A DNA stretch of 15,358 bases, taken from the NCBI GenBank assembly GCA_038153405.1, contig JAYOYH010000081.1, positions 1 through 15,358 on the forward strand. The letters run 5' to 3'. This document shows positions 1 through 8,137 of the stretch, piece by piece. Numbering within the stretch: the stretch's first letter is position 1; every line of letters begins with the position of its first letter. This DNA comes from Gemmatimonadota bacterium. GTDB taxonomy: Bacteria; Latescibacterota; UBA2968; UBA8231. A model generated the notes under the pieces. The model saw only the letters and a program-made list of their open reading frames with translations. It was not told where the DNA came from and did not search any database. The position numbers were made by a program, and so were the translations under genes.

Positions 1-94
1 AGACGGCCGGCGCCATGGTCTTGATGTAAACGCCCAGCGCAAGCAAAAAGACGCCTAGGCCGATATAGCGGTGTGCTTTCTCGTCTACTACCAT
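1..94 (-). CDS. 5' end of a DUF2723/TMEM260-like membrane glycosyltransferase (partial, runs off the window)
   Basis: Not in the ORF track. Hand translation from ATG 94: MVVDEKAHRYIGLGVFLLALGVYIKTMAPAV(S). GGAGAG SD upstream. One TM helix followed by YxxTxAPxV, matching the DUF2723 start (YxxTxAPTVSFWDxGE). Only 31 codons are visible. Confidence 0.7.
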   Translation of the reverse strand, partial: MVVDEKAHRYIGLGVFLLALGVYIKTMAPAV

Positions 95-249
95 GCAGCT
101 CTCCGTGCGATCGCGCAGTCGGTCGACGGTTGAGCACACTGCGCGCGCATCTGTTATTTGAGGATTGAAAAGACCGATACACACATAATGTAGGCCATAA
201 GCGCCCGTTGCGCCCGTTGGCGGCGCCGTGGTACGGGGCCCTTGCCGTG

Positions 250-278
250 TTGAGAGCGCGATTGGCCTGATTTAGTTT
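250..278 (+). promoter_or_regulatory. Candidate sigma70 promoter for the sulfatase
   Basis: TTGAGA (250-255), 17 bp spacer, TAGTTT (273-278), 32 nt upstream of ATG 311. Confidence 0.4.
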
Positions 279-310
279 TGGCCGTCCGTCCTATCCAGAA
301 GAGGAGCTGT

Positions 311-1642
311 ATGACAAACATCATCTACATCCATTCGCACGATACCGGGCGCTACGTGCAGCCCTATGGATACGCCATTCCCACGCCGCGCATACAGCAG
401 TTGGCCGAGGAGGGGGTATTGTTTCGCCGGGCCTTTTGCGCCAATCCAACCTGCTCGCCCAGCCGCGCCAGCCTGCTGACCGGGCAGTGGGCGCACAGCT
501 GCGGCATGGGCGGGTTGGTCAATCGCGGCTGGAGTTTGCCCCATCCCGAACGCCTGCTGCCGGCCTTTTTGCGCCAGTGCGGCTACCAGACCGTGCGCAC
601 CGGTATACAGCACGTGCTACAGGATCCGCAGGAGGGGGGCTATGAGCGTATCGAAGTCGGAGATGGTGGCGATGAGGGGGCGGCTGCGCGCGCTAGCGCC
701 TTTATTGGCGAGGCGCACGCGCGGCCGTTTTTTCTCGACGTGGGCTTTGGTGCAACGCACCGCCGCGCCGAGGTATTCGACGGTCCGCCAGCGGGGACTA
801 GGGCGACGGATCCGCGCTTTATACAGCCGCCAGCTCCCTTGCCCGATACGCCGGAGACGCGCGCCGATATGGCGCTCTATATCGACGCCGCGCGCACGCT
901 CGATGCGCTGATGGGCACTGTATTTGACGCCGTCGACGCGTGCGGTCTGCGCGACAGCACGCTGATCGTCTGCACGACCGATCACGGCATTGCCTTCCCG
1001 CGCATGAAGTGCCATCTGACCGATCACGGCATGGGCGTCATGCTGGTGATGCGCGGTCCGGGTGGATTTGCGGAGGGGCAGGTCGTCGACGGGTTGGCCA
1101 GTCATATCGACCTCTTTCCCACGGTGTGCGATGTGGCCGGTCTGGACGCGCCCAACTGGCTACAGGGCACGTCACTGCGCCCGCTGGTCGAGGGGGCCGA
1201 CAGCGTGCGCACAACCGTCTACGGCGAGATCAACTACCACGTCTGCTACGAGCCCCAGCGCGCGCTGCGCACCGAGCGCTGGAAGTATATCCAGCGCCTG
1301 CACGCGCGCGCCCGGACCGTGCTGCCCGACTGCGACGACAGCGCCAGCAAAGACTATCTGCTCGATCGCGGTTGGAGCGAGCGCGAAGAGGCCGAAGAGC
1401 GGCTCTACGACTTGCTCTACGATCCGCACGAGGCGCATAATGTGGCGGACGATACGGCCCATGCCGAAGTGCTGGCCGCGCTGCGCCAGCAGATGCAAAC
1501 GTGGCGCCAAGAGACGGGCGACCCCTTGCTCGAGCAGCCCGTTTTCATGCCGCCGGAAACGGCCCAGGTCGCCGATCCGGACGCGCGTTCGCCGCGCAGT
1601 GCACCGGCTCATTCGGCCCGCGCCTTTCTGGGGGTGGGCTAA
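311..1642 (+). CDS. Cys-type (formylglycine) sulfatase, N-sulfoglucosamine sulfohydrolase-like, 443 aa
   Basis: NIIYIHSHD, CSPSRASLLTG (CxPxR), TTDHG, SHIDLFPT, RWKYI, LYDLLYDPHEAHN. Start moved from 278 to ATG 311 because of the GAGGAG SD at 301-306. No signal peptide. Confidence 0.95.
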   Translation: MTNIIYIHSHDTGRYVQPYGYAIPTPRIQQLAEEGVLFRRAFCANPTCSPSRASLLTGQWAHSCGMGGLVNRGWSLPHPERLLPAFLRQCGYQTVRTGIQHVLQDPQEGGYERIEVGDGGDEGAAARASAFIGEAHARPFFLDVGFGATHRRAEVFDGPPAGTRATDPRFIQPPAPLPDTPETRADMALYIDAARTLDALMGTVFDAVDACGLRDSTLIVCTTDHGIAFPRMKCHLTDHGMGVMLVMRGPGGFAEGQVVDGLASHIDLFPTVCDVAGLDAPNWLQGTSLRPLVEGADSVRTTVYGEINYHVCYEPQRALRTERWKYIQRLHARARTVLPDCDDSASKDYLLDRGWSEREEAEERLYDLLYDPHEAHNVADDTAHAEVLAALRQQMQTWRQETGDPLLEQPVFMPPETAQVADPDARSPRSAPAHSARAFLGVG

Positions 1643-1685
1643 TGGGCGAGCGCACATGGGGCAGGTCGCCAATCCGCCCGTGCCG

Positions 1686-2285
1686 ATGAGTGCGTTGGTC
1701 TGGTGTGCGCTGGCCTGGATGGGATGGTGTGCCCTGCACAGCGGGCTGGCGGGCACGGCCCTAGCGCGCCCGCTCGAGCGCGTTTTTACGCGTTATTACC
1801 GCTTGTTTTACAACGCTTTTAGCGCGCTGAGCATATGGCCCATCTGGCTCTATACCGACTCGCTGCGCGGCGATGAGCTGTGGACGTGGAGCGGCTGGCT
1901 GCGCCCGCTGCAGGCCCTGCTGTGGCTCGTGGCCTGCGGGCTATTCTACGGGGCGGCGCGGCGCTACGATATGAAGGCTGTGGCTGGATGGGTGCCGACA
2001 GGTCGTGGCATCGCAGCGGAGGGGTTGGATACGGGGGGCGTCCTCGCCCACCTGCGCCATCCCTGGTATTTGGCATTTCTACTGGTTATATGGGGGCGCG
2101 ATATGGCGCTTTCAGACGTCGTGATTAGCGTCGTGCTGAGTGCTTATATCGGCGTGGGGACACTGCTCGAAGAGCGCAAATTGGCGCGCGCCTACGGGGA
2201 GATCTATCGATGCTACCAGCGGCGCGTGCCGATGCTATTTCCCTGGAAGTGGCCAGGGCGACTATGGCGAACCGTGCGCGCTTAG
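1686..2285 (+). CDS. Isoprenylcysteine carboxyl methyltransferase / NnrU / MddA-like integral membrane protein
   Basis: Several TM helices; motifs LHS, YRLFYN, LRHPWY, EERKL..YG..Y..Y...VPMLFP. Start is ATG 1686 or ATG 1656. The track's extension to 1062 overlaps the sulfatase and is spurious. Confidence 0.85.
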   Translation: MSALVWCALAWMGWCALHSGLAGTALARPLERVFTRYYRLFYNAFSALSIWPIWLYTDSLRGDELWTWSGWLRPLQALLWLVACGLFYGAARRYDMKAVAGWVPTGRGIAAEGLDTGGVLAHLRHPWYLAFLLVIWGRDMALSDVVISVVLSAYIGVGTLLEERKLARAYGEIYRCYQRRVPMLFPWKWPGRLWRTVRA

Positions 2286-2548
2286 CGTTCCACCGATTCG
2301 AGTAATTCGTCTAGCGTCCACAGGCGCTCCGACTGGTTGACCAGCAGATCGATAATGCGCGGATGGGCGCGTACGGTATAGGCATCGATAAATGCGAAGT
2401 CGGGTCGCACCGTGCCGTCTTCGTTTTCGGCGACCATGCCGGCATCTTCAATCACAGTTATTTCGTCAATCCTTCCCGTTGCTTCCAAATGGCGGTACTG
2501 CGGCATTTTGACACTCCTTTGAGCCAACTTGTGTGTTGATTGTGCCAT
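2282..2548 (-). CDS. Small acidic hypothetical protein, 88 aa
   Basis: MAQSTHKLAQ...LWTLDELLESVER. GAGG SD before ATG 2548. It fills the gap, has protein-like composition, and its stop overlaps the convergent gene's stop (TTAG at 2282-2285). Confidence 0.75.
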   Translation of the reverse strand: MAQSTHKLAQRSVKMPQYRHLEATGRIDEITVIEDAGMVAENEDGTVRPDFAFIDAYTVRAHPRIIDLLVNQSERLWTLDELLESVER

Positions 2549-2582
2549 GGCGACCTCTACTGAGTGCCGCCTACACCACACC

Positions 2583-2598
2583 ATCAATATTCGTGCCA
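2583..2598 (-). promoter_or_regulatory. Sigma54-like -24/-12 promoter
   Basis: Minus strand reads TGGCACG-AATA-TTGAT versus consensus TGGCACG-N4-TTGCW; one mismatch (A for C at -12). Lies 34 nt upstream of ATG 2548. Confidence 0.5.
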
Positions 2599-2657
2599 TC
2601 GATGTACGCTACGGTGGATTTTTTCGCGCCGTGCCATCCGTCCTGCAGAGTGGTCGT

Positions 2658-4058
2658 TCAGTAGGGCCAGACGCGCGGCAGCGGGCGCTCGCTCTGCAGC
2701 TGGTGTACGAGGAGCTGATGGCGCAGATGGGCCACAAGTGTCGCATGGGCGCTGTCGCTGCTCAGGTCGCAATAGGCCTGTGGGTCTTCGCGCAGATCAT
2801 AGAGCTGTTCGCGTCCATCGGCTTCCAGTACATAGCGATAGCCGCTTGTGCGCAGCGTTTTCCAGCCGTCCATCTCCGTAAGTGCCCCCGGTCGGCCGCT
2901 CCACTCTTCGTCGCGCAGAGCGGGCCGCAGCGACTGGCCCTGCAGGGTGCCCGGCACCGGTATGCCGGCGCATTCAAGCAGCGTCGGCAGTACGTCGACG
3001 CCTTCCACTAGGCCCCGTTCGGTACGGCCGGGGTGCTCGATATGGCCGGGCCAGCGCATGATAAGTGGGACGCGGGTGATGCAGTCGTGACCGGGATGTC
3101 CCTTGCCGTAGCGTAGGTGTTCGCCGAGCCATTCGCCGTGGTCGGAGGTGAAGACGACCACGGTCTCGTCGCGCAAGCCCAATGCGTCGAGGTGTTCGAG
3201 AATGCGCCCCACGTGGTGGTCGACCTCGCTGACCATGGCGTAGTAGCCCTGGTGGGCGCGGCGCAGCTCGTCTTGGCCAAATTGGTCGGGCGCGCGGCGC
3301 GCTTCTACCTCGGGCGGGTACGAGGGGATCGATAGACGCTGTGGGTCGTAGTGCTCGATAAAGTCGCGCGGGGCGACCCAGGGCGAGTGCGGCGAATAAA
3401 AGCCGGCGATGCATAAAAAAGGCTGCTGACGGTGTTGGTCGATAAACTCCATCGTCTGTTCGGCGACAAAGGCGGTGTGCGTATAGCGACTATCGCCGCC
3501 AAAGGGCAGCGCGTCGAGCGGAAAGCGCTCGGCCGGGTGGGCGATGCCGTCGCGCGCGCCCATTTGTCGCTGCCACACTTCGGCAGCTGGTGGCAGGCCG
3601 AGGCTAATGTGGTCGAGCTGCTGCGGGTCTTGGCGCTGCACCCAGGCGCGGTAGGCGTCGGCATAGGGCCCGGGTTCGTCGGAAATTTCTAGGTGGTCAA
3701 AGCCGTAGGCTGGGTGGATATTGCGGTGGTCGCGGTTGGCATGCGGCAAAAAGTGCAACTTGCCGATGTTGGCGCTGGTGTAGCCGTAATTGCGCAGGTA
3801 GTGCGGCAAAATGGGAACGCTTTCGGATACCGGCACGCCCATGTGCGTCACGCCGAGGGCAGAAGGGTAGCGGCCGCTGAGAAAGGACAGACGCGAAGGC
3901 ATGCAGACGGGGTTTTGCACGAAGTAGTGATCGAAATTGATCCCCTCGCCGACGAGGCGATCGAGGTGGGGCGTGTGAATGTCGGCATTGCCGTTGGCGC
4001 CGAGGGCGTCGTAGCGCTGCTGGTCGGTGTAGAGCAGCAGGATATTGGGTCTTCGCAT
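2658..4058 (-). CDS. Cys-type sulfatase (choline-sulfatase/arylsulfatase-like), 466 aa
   Basis: RPNILLLYTDQQRYD, CMPSRLSFLSG, GKLH, YSPHSP, TSDHGEWLGEH, RVPLIMRWP, LYDLREDP. AGAGG SD. No signal peptide. Confidence 0.95.
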   Translation of the reverse strand: MRRPNILLLYTDQQRYDALGANGNADIHTPHLDRLVGEGINFDHYFVQNPVCMPSRLSFLSGRYPSALGVTHMGVPVSESVPILPHYLRNYGYTSANIGKLHFLPHANRDHRNIHPAYGFDHLEISDEPGPYADAYRAWVQRQDPQQLDHISLGLPPAAEVWQRQMGARDGIAHPAERFPLDALPFGGDSRYTHTAFVAEQTMEFIDQHRQQPFLCIAGFYSPHSPWVAPRDFIEHYDPQRLSIPSYPPEVEARRAPDQFGQDELRRAHQGYYAMVSEVDHHVGRILEHLDALGLRDETVVVFTSDHGEWLGEHLRYGKGHPGHDCITRVPLIMRWPGHIEHPGRTERGLVEGVDVLPTLLECAGIPVPGTLQGQSLRPALRDEEWSGRPGALTEMDGWKTLRTSGYRYVLEADGREQLYDLREDPQAYCDLSSDSAHATLVAHLRHQLLVHQLQSERPLPRVWPY

Positions 4059-4075
4059 CGCGGCTTCGCCTCTTC

Positions 4076-6355
4076 TTACGGGTGAGTATCGCTCACTACT
4101 TCCACATCAAAGCCCTGTATATCGACGCCGCCCTGACCGTTTTGTACGCGCAGGGTGATGGTGTGCAGTCCGCGGTGATGGGATTCGGGCCGGAGGGTCA
4201 TGCAGCCACTTTGCTCGTCGAGTTCGACAAAAGCGGGTCCCTCGTCGAGGAGGAAGCGCAGCACGTCGTAGTCGCGGACGGCCGACTGGTAGCGGTGGGG
4301 GCCGTCGCTTAGGCAGCGCAGGTCGCCCGCTCCGCACAGGCTCTGCACGGTGTAGCGGGTCGCCTCGCCGGCGCGGGCGAACGCCGGTGGCGTCGAATAG
4401 ATAAATGGGCGCGGTGCCGCGGCTAAGTCCGACGGTCCGCTCGGCGTGCCGTCGGCGTCGAGGGCGACGACGCGGTAGTAGCTGCCGTTGGCCATTCCCG
4501 CCTGCGGGCCGACGACCTGCAGATAGGTATGGGGAGTCTCTCCAATGCGATTGGCCGGGCGTTCCTGCAGACCGGCCTCTCCTCCGCAAAACACGTCGTG
4601 AACTCCATCGCGGGCGCTAAAGCCGCGCTCGTCGCTAGCGTAGATGGCGTAGCAAACGGGCGCATTGCCCTGCGGATTGGCGCGCCAGTGCAGGGTCGCG
4701 GTGCGCGATGGCCCGTCGGCGCGCACTTCGACCTCGAGCGGCACGCCCGGCGCAGAGGGGACAAACGAAGCGGGCGGGCTCCACGCGCCCCACATACCGG
4801 CTGCACTGCGCGCCCGCACGCGCCAAAAATACGCGCGCCCTGGATTGAGCTGGCCAATTTCGGGCGGCGACCACTGGGCCTGGCCGGCAAAGGGGGTGTT
4901 GGAGATGAGCTTTTCAAAAATGGGCGAGAGCACGTAGCGCATATCGGCCCTTGCGCTCAGTTCAAAGTGATAGTCGGACGCATCGGCTACGGGCTGCCAG
5001 CGAAAGAGTGGTTGGGTACCCAACGTTGTCGCGCCGCTGGTGGGGCTGAGCAATATCGGCGCATCGGGGGGGGCCAAGTCGTCGCGTTCCAGCCAGCGAT
5101 GCGTCAGGACGATGTGGCGCTGGTCGCTGTCGTCTTCGTAGAGCAACTCGTTGTTGCCAACGTGTAGCGCCGGCAGGGACAGCGGCGCCATTTGTAGGTC
5201 TAACTCAATGGCGATGTTCCTCAGGCCAACAGTGTGGCCGCTCAAGCGCAGGTAGAGGGCATAGGTGGCCGAGCCATCGCTGGGTAGCAGGGTGTCGAGC
5301 TGTCCGTCGTCGATGGGCTGCCAGTGGCGGCCGTCGCGCGATAGCGCGCAATGGACGGGTACGGCGCTGCTATAGGTGAAGCGGCCTCCGACGATGACAT
5401 AGGGCGTCTGCAGCCGATAGACCAGCTGCACGGGGTGCTGCGCGTCGATGGGCTGCAGACCGTCGACGCTACCGCGCAGGTTGTCGGATGCTACGCACCA
5501 GCGGGCAAAGTCTGGATCGAGGCGCGGCATAAAGCGCCAGGTGCCGTTGCACAGGCGCGGCGGGCGGTCGCCCAAGCCGTGGTATTTGCCGCGATCCTGC
5601 CACTGCCAGACCAGCGCTTCGCCGGGACGCAGGGCGCAGTCCATGCGGTGGTCGCCAACGGGCGGGCGGGCGCCGCTGCGCGGACCGTCGTACACAAAGA
5701 GCGCCGCGGCGCTCTCGTCGCGCTGGCGATTTTCGCCGCTGAGTATACCGTAGGCGTGGCCGCGCTTGACCAGGTCGTGGTCGCGCGCTAAGTCCTCTTC
5801 GCTGGCTATGGTTTCGTTGTCGCGCAGCAGGTAGAGCAGGTGCTCGTCGCTGTCGAGCAGATGGTATGCGCCGTCGAAGAATACCTCCGTCGTGCAGTGG
5901 CCGTGCGGCACGCCGCGGCGCACCTGCAGGCCGGCGGCCTGCCATAGGTTGGAGACCGTGTAGGCCTCGTCCCAGCACAGCGTATAGCCGTAGATGTTGA
6001 GCATCTTGACGGTGTCCTTGACTTCGTCGTCGGCCGTAGTGCTGTGGTAGCGATGCCGCCGCGCAAACTCCCAGATGGCGCGGGCCTTTTCCGCATCGGA
6101 CATCGAGCCATCGACTAAGCCATCGACGATTTCGCGCAGCGAGTGCCAGCGCCGCTGGCCGTCGACGTGCACGCGGGGGTTGATAACGGGTTCGCTGCCG
6201 ATGTTTTCCATCGACAGCTCCAGGTTGTTTTCCCCGTGCTGTTGGTAGTTGCCGTAGCCGATCGGATCGCGCATACGGGCACCGTCTACCGCTCCGCCCA
6301 CGTAGATCGAGTAGGCGTGCTGGCTGCTCTGTGGAGATTCGCTGTGTTCGCGCAT
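4076..6355 (-). CDS. Transglutaminase-like (Cys-His-Asp) domain protein with Fn3-like and C-terminal Ig/cadherin-like domains, 759 aa
   Basis: AEKARAIWEF...GYTLCWDEA...AAGLQVR...GHCTTEVFFDGAYHLLDSD. Fn3-like segments P.LLSP..FRWQPV..YHFELS..YFWRVRA..WGAWS and LHW..YYRVVALDADG..S.PS. C-terminal LRFLLDEGPAFVELDEQSG..TITLRV. Confidence 0.8.
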   Translation of the reverse strand: MREHSESPQSSQHAYSIYVGGAVDGARMRDPIGYGNYQQHGENNLELSMENIGSEPVINPRVHVDGQRRWHSLREIVDGLVDGSMSDAEKARAIWEFARRHRYHSTTADDEVKDTVKMLNIYGYTLCWDEAYTVSNLWQAAGLQVRRGVPHGHCTTEVFFDGAYHLLDSDEHLLYLLRDNETIASEEDLARDHDLVKRGHAYGILSGENRQRDESAAALFVYDGPRSGARPPVGDHRMDCALRPGEALVWQWQDRGKYHGLGDRPPRLCNGTWRFMPRLDPDFARWCVASDNLRGSVDGLQPIDAQHPVQLVYRLQTPYVIVGGRFTYSSAVPVHCALSRDGRHWQPIDDGQLDTLLPSDGSATYALYLRLSGHTVGLRNIAIELDLQMAPLSLPALHVGNNELLYEDDSDQRHIVLTHRWLERDDLAPPDAPILLSPTSGATTLGTQPLFRWQPVADASDYHFELSARADMRYVLSPIFEKLISNTPFAGQAQWSPPEIGQLNPGRAYFWRVRARSAAGMWGAWSPPASFVPSAPGVPLEVEVRADGPSRTATLHWRANPQGNAPVCYAIYASDERGFSARDGVHDVFCGGEAGLQERPANRIGETPHTYLQVVGPQAGMANGSYYRVVALDADGTPSGPSDLAAAPRPFIYSTPPAFARAGEATRYTVQSLCGAGDLRCLSDGPHRYQSAVRDYDVLRFLLDEGPAFVELDEQSGCMTLRPESHHRGLHTITLRVQNGQGGVDIQGFDVEVVSDTHP

Positions 6356-7248
6356 TAGCTATTCGCCGCGTGCTGAGTGATAAAGGAGTGTAGGATAGGG
6401 GCCACCGCTTCGACGCGTTCAATGTGGGGCGCGTGGCCGCACGCTTCAAATAGGTGGACTTGAGCATTGGGTATGTCTTCGGCAAAGCGGAGGGCGTTGA
6501 GTGGATTGATTATGCGGTCCTCGCGGCCCCACAGCACCAGCGTGGGCACAGCTATTTGGCCCAGTCGATCCGCTATTTGATCGATATCGGGCGGGACGAT
6601 ATTGCGCGCCGATAGCTGGTAGGCGTAAAAAGTGTCGGCGCGCTGTAGCGCGGCTAGCGTCTCGGTGACTAGTGCGGGCGGGACTGCGCTGGCGTCGTGG
6701 AAACAGCGGCTGACTGAGCGCTGTGTGGCGCGCGCTAACAGCCCTGTCTTATGGCATAGGGAGTGCACGAGAGGGCGTTTGAGCGCGCTGCCGAGCCAGC
6801 CGCCCATCTCGCGAATATACCCAGGTGGTTGCTGGGGGTAGCCGGCGGCAGCTACCAGTACGAGGGCGCGCGTGCGCCGCCGAACCTCGGGATAGTCAAG
6901 GTAGAGCCGCAGTGCAATGCCGCCGCCCAGCGAGGACCCGCCTAGCGCGAAGGATTCAAGGCCCATAGCTTCGACAAAAGCGCACAGATACTCGGCGTGC
7001 ATATCGGGTGAATAGCGGCGCGCTGGAGGCAGGTGCGCCAACTGCGGTCTGTCGCTCTGGCCGTGTCCCAGCAAGTCGGGGGCGACGCAGCGCACGCCGG
7101 CCAAGCGCGCGGCTAACGGACACCAGGTGCGCTTGTGGTCGAATATGCCGTGCAGGAGCAGGAAGGCGTGCGACGCAGAACCGCCGCTATCGCAGTAGGC
7201 CAGGCGCGCCCCGTCGCAGACCTCAGCGTAGCGGGTTGCGCTAAACAC
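6355..7248 (-). CDS. Alpha/beta fold hydrolase (Abhydrolase_1/MhpC-like), 297 aa
   Basis: LLHG, APDLLGHGQSD, nucleophile elbow GSSLGG, PTLVLWGREDRII (Asp), CGHAPHIE (His). GTG start without a clear SD. Stop overlaps the next start (TAATG). Confidence 0.92.
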   Translation of the reverse strand: MFSATRYAEVCDGARLAYCDSGGSASHAFLLLHGIFDHKRTWCPLAARLAGVRCVAPDLLGHGQSDRPQLAHLPPARRYSPDMHAEYLCAFVEAMGLESFALGGSSLGGGIALRLYLDYPEVRRRTRALVLVAAAGYPQQPPGYIREMGGWLGSALKRPLVHSLCHKTGLLARATQRSVSRCFHDASAVPPALVTETLAALQRADTFYAYQLSARNIVPPDIDQIADRLGQIAVPTLVLWGREDRIINPLNALRFAEDIPNAQVHLFEACGHAPHIERVEAVAPILHSFITQHAANS

Positions 7249-7313
7249 GGCAGCGCATCAGGCGTTGGTTATTGGCGGCAGACGTGCTCCGTCCGAATCG
7301 ATGCGCAGAACGA

Positions 7314-8096
7314 TCATCGCGGAATCGAGTGCACGTCGTCGAGCACGTCTTTGAATTTGGCGTAGAGCAGGTTGAAATCGCCGCCGAGCGAGATCCACTG
7401 CAGGCCCTGTTTTAGCCAATGGGCAACGGCTTGGCGCTCGTAGCCCATGGAGATGCCAATGGTCTTATCCGTCTGCAGCGTCTTGGCGATGACGTTTTCG
7501 GTCGCGGCGATGACCTGTGGGGCAGTGACTTGGCCGGCCAGGCCCATGGAGCCGGCCAGGTCGTTAAAGCCCACGCAGAGTCCGTCGAGTCCCTCGACGG
7601 CTAGGATGTCGTCAATGGCTTCGACGGCGCGGATGTGCTCGATTTGCACGATGACCATAATTTGCTCGTCGGCATCGACGAGGTATTCGGGGTAGGGTTG
7701 GCCGCCAAAGCGGCGACCGCGGCGTGGGCCGAAGCCGCGGATGCCCGTCGGTGGATACTTGCAGGCGGCGACGACGCGCTCGACATCGGCAACCGACTGG
7801 ACCTGCGGCGCAATAATAGCAGCCGGATGCAGTTCGAGCACGGGCTTGATCAGCACGGGATCGGCGGCCGGCACGCGCACGAAAGGGGCGGCGCCGGTGC
7901 CGCGCACGGCCATTACGTGGCCGAGTGCCGTGCTCAGGTCGATGGGGCAGTGCTCCATGTCGATCCAGGTGAAATCGTATCCCACATCGCCGACCAACTC
8001 GCTGATAGCTGGGTCGCTAAAGCTGATCGTGGTGCCGACGCAGAGTTCGCCGCGCGCAATTTTGGCCTTAAAACGGTCGACGTGGTTGATGGTCAT
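7314..8096 (-). CDS. HpcH/HpaI family class II pyruvate aldolase (GarL/RhmA-like), 260 aa
   Basis: DFTWIDMEH, FVRVP, KYPPTGIRGFG, VQIEH, VGFNDLAGSMG. AGGAG SD before ATG 8096. Confidence 0.95.
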   Translation of the reverse strand: MTINHVDRFKAKIARGELCVGTTISFSDPAISELVGDVGYDFTWIDMEHCPIDLSTALGHVMAVRGTGAAPFVRVPAADPVLIKPVLELHPAAIIAPQVQSVADVERVVAACKYPPTGIRGFGPRRGRRFGGQPYPEYLVDADEQIMVIVQIEHIRAVEAIDDILAVEGLDGLCVGFNDLAGSMGLAGQVTAPQVIAATENVIAKTLQTDKTIGISMGYERQAVAHWLKQGLQWISLGGDFNLLYAKFKDVLDDVHSIPR

Positions 8097-8137
8097 AGAT
8101 ACTCCTGTTGATGCGGGCTCGCTGCGCCGGGGGGCGA

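Noticed and set aside
166..189. Plus-strand TTGAAA...CATAAT promoter
   Set aside because: Spacer is only about 12-13 bp, too short for sigma70.
1062..1655. N-terminal half of the 407-aa ORF
   Set aside because: Alternate frame of the sulfatase; membrane-protein character starts only at about 1656-1686.
5469..6485. 338-aa ORF and the other nested or antisense ORFs in the track
   Set aside because: Arg/Ala/Pro-rich off-frame readings of well-supported genes.
6355..8096. Aromatic meta-cleavage pathway (MhpC-like hydrolase plus HpaI)
   Set aside because: No dioxygenase, hydratase or decarboxylase in the window; both families are broad.
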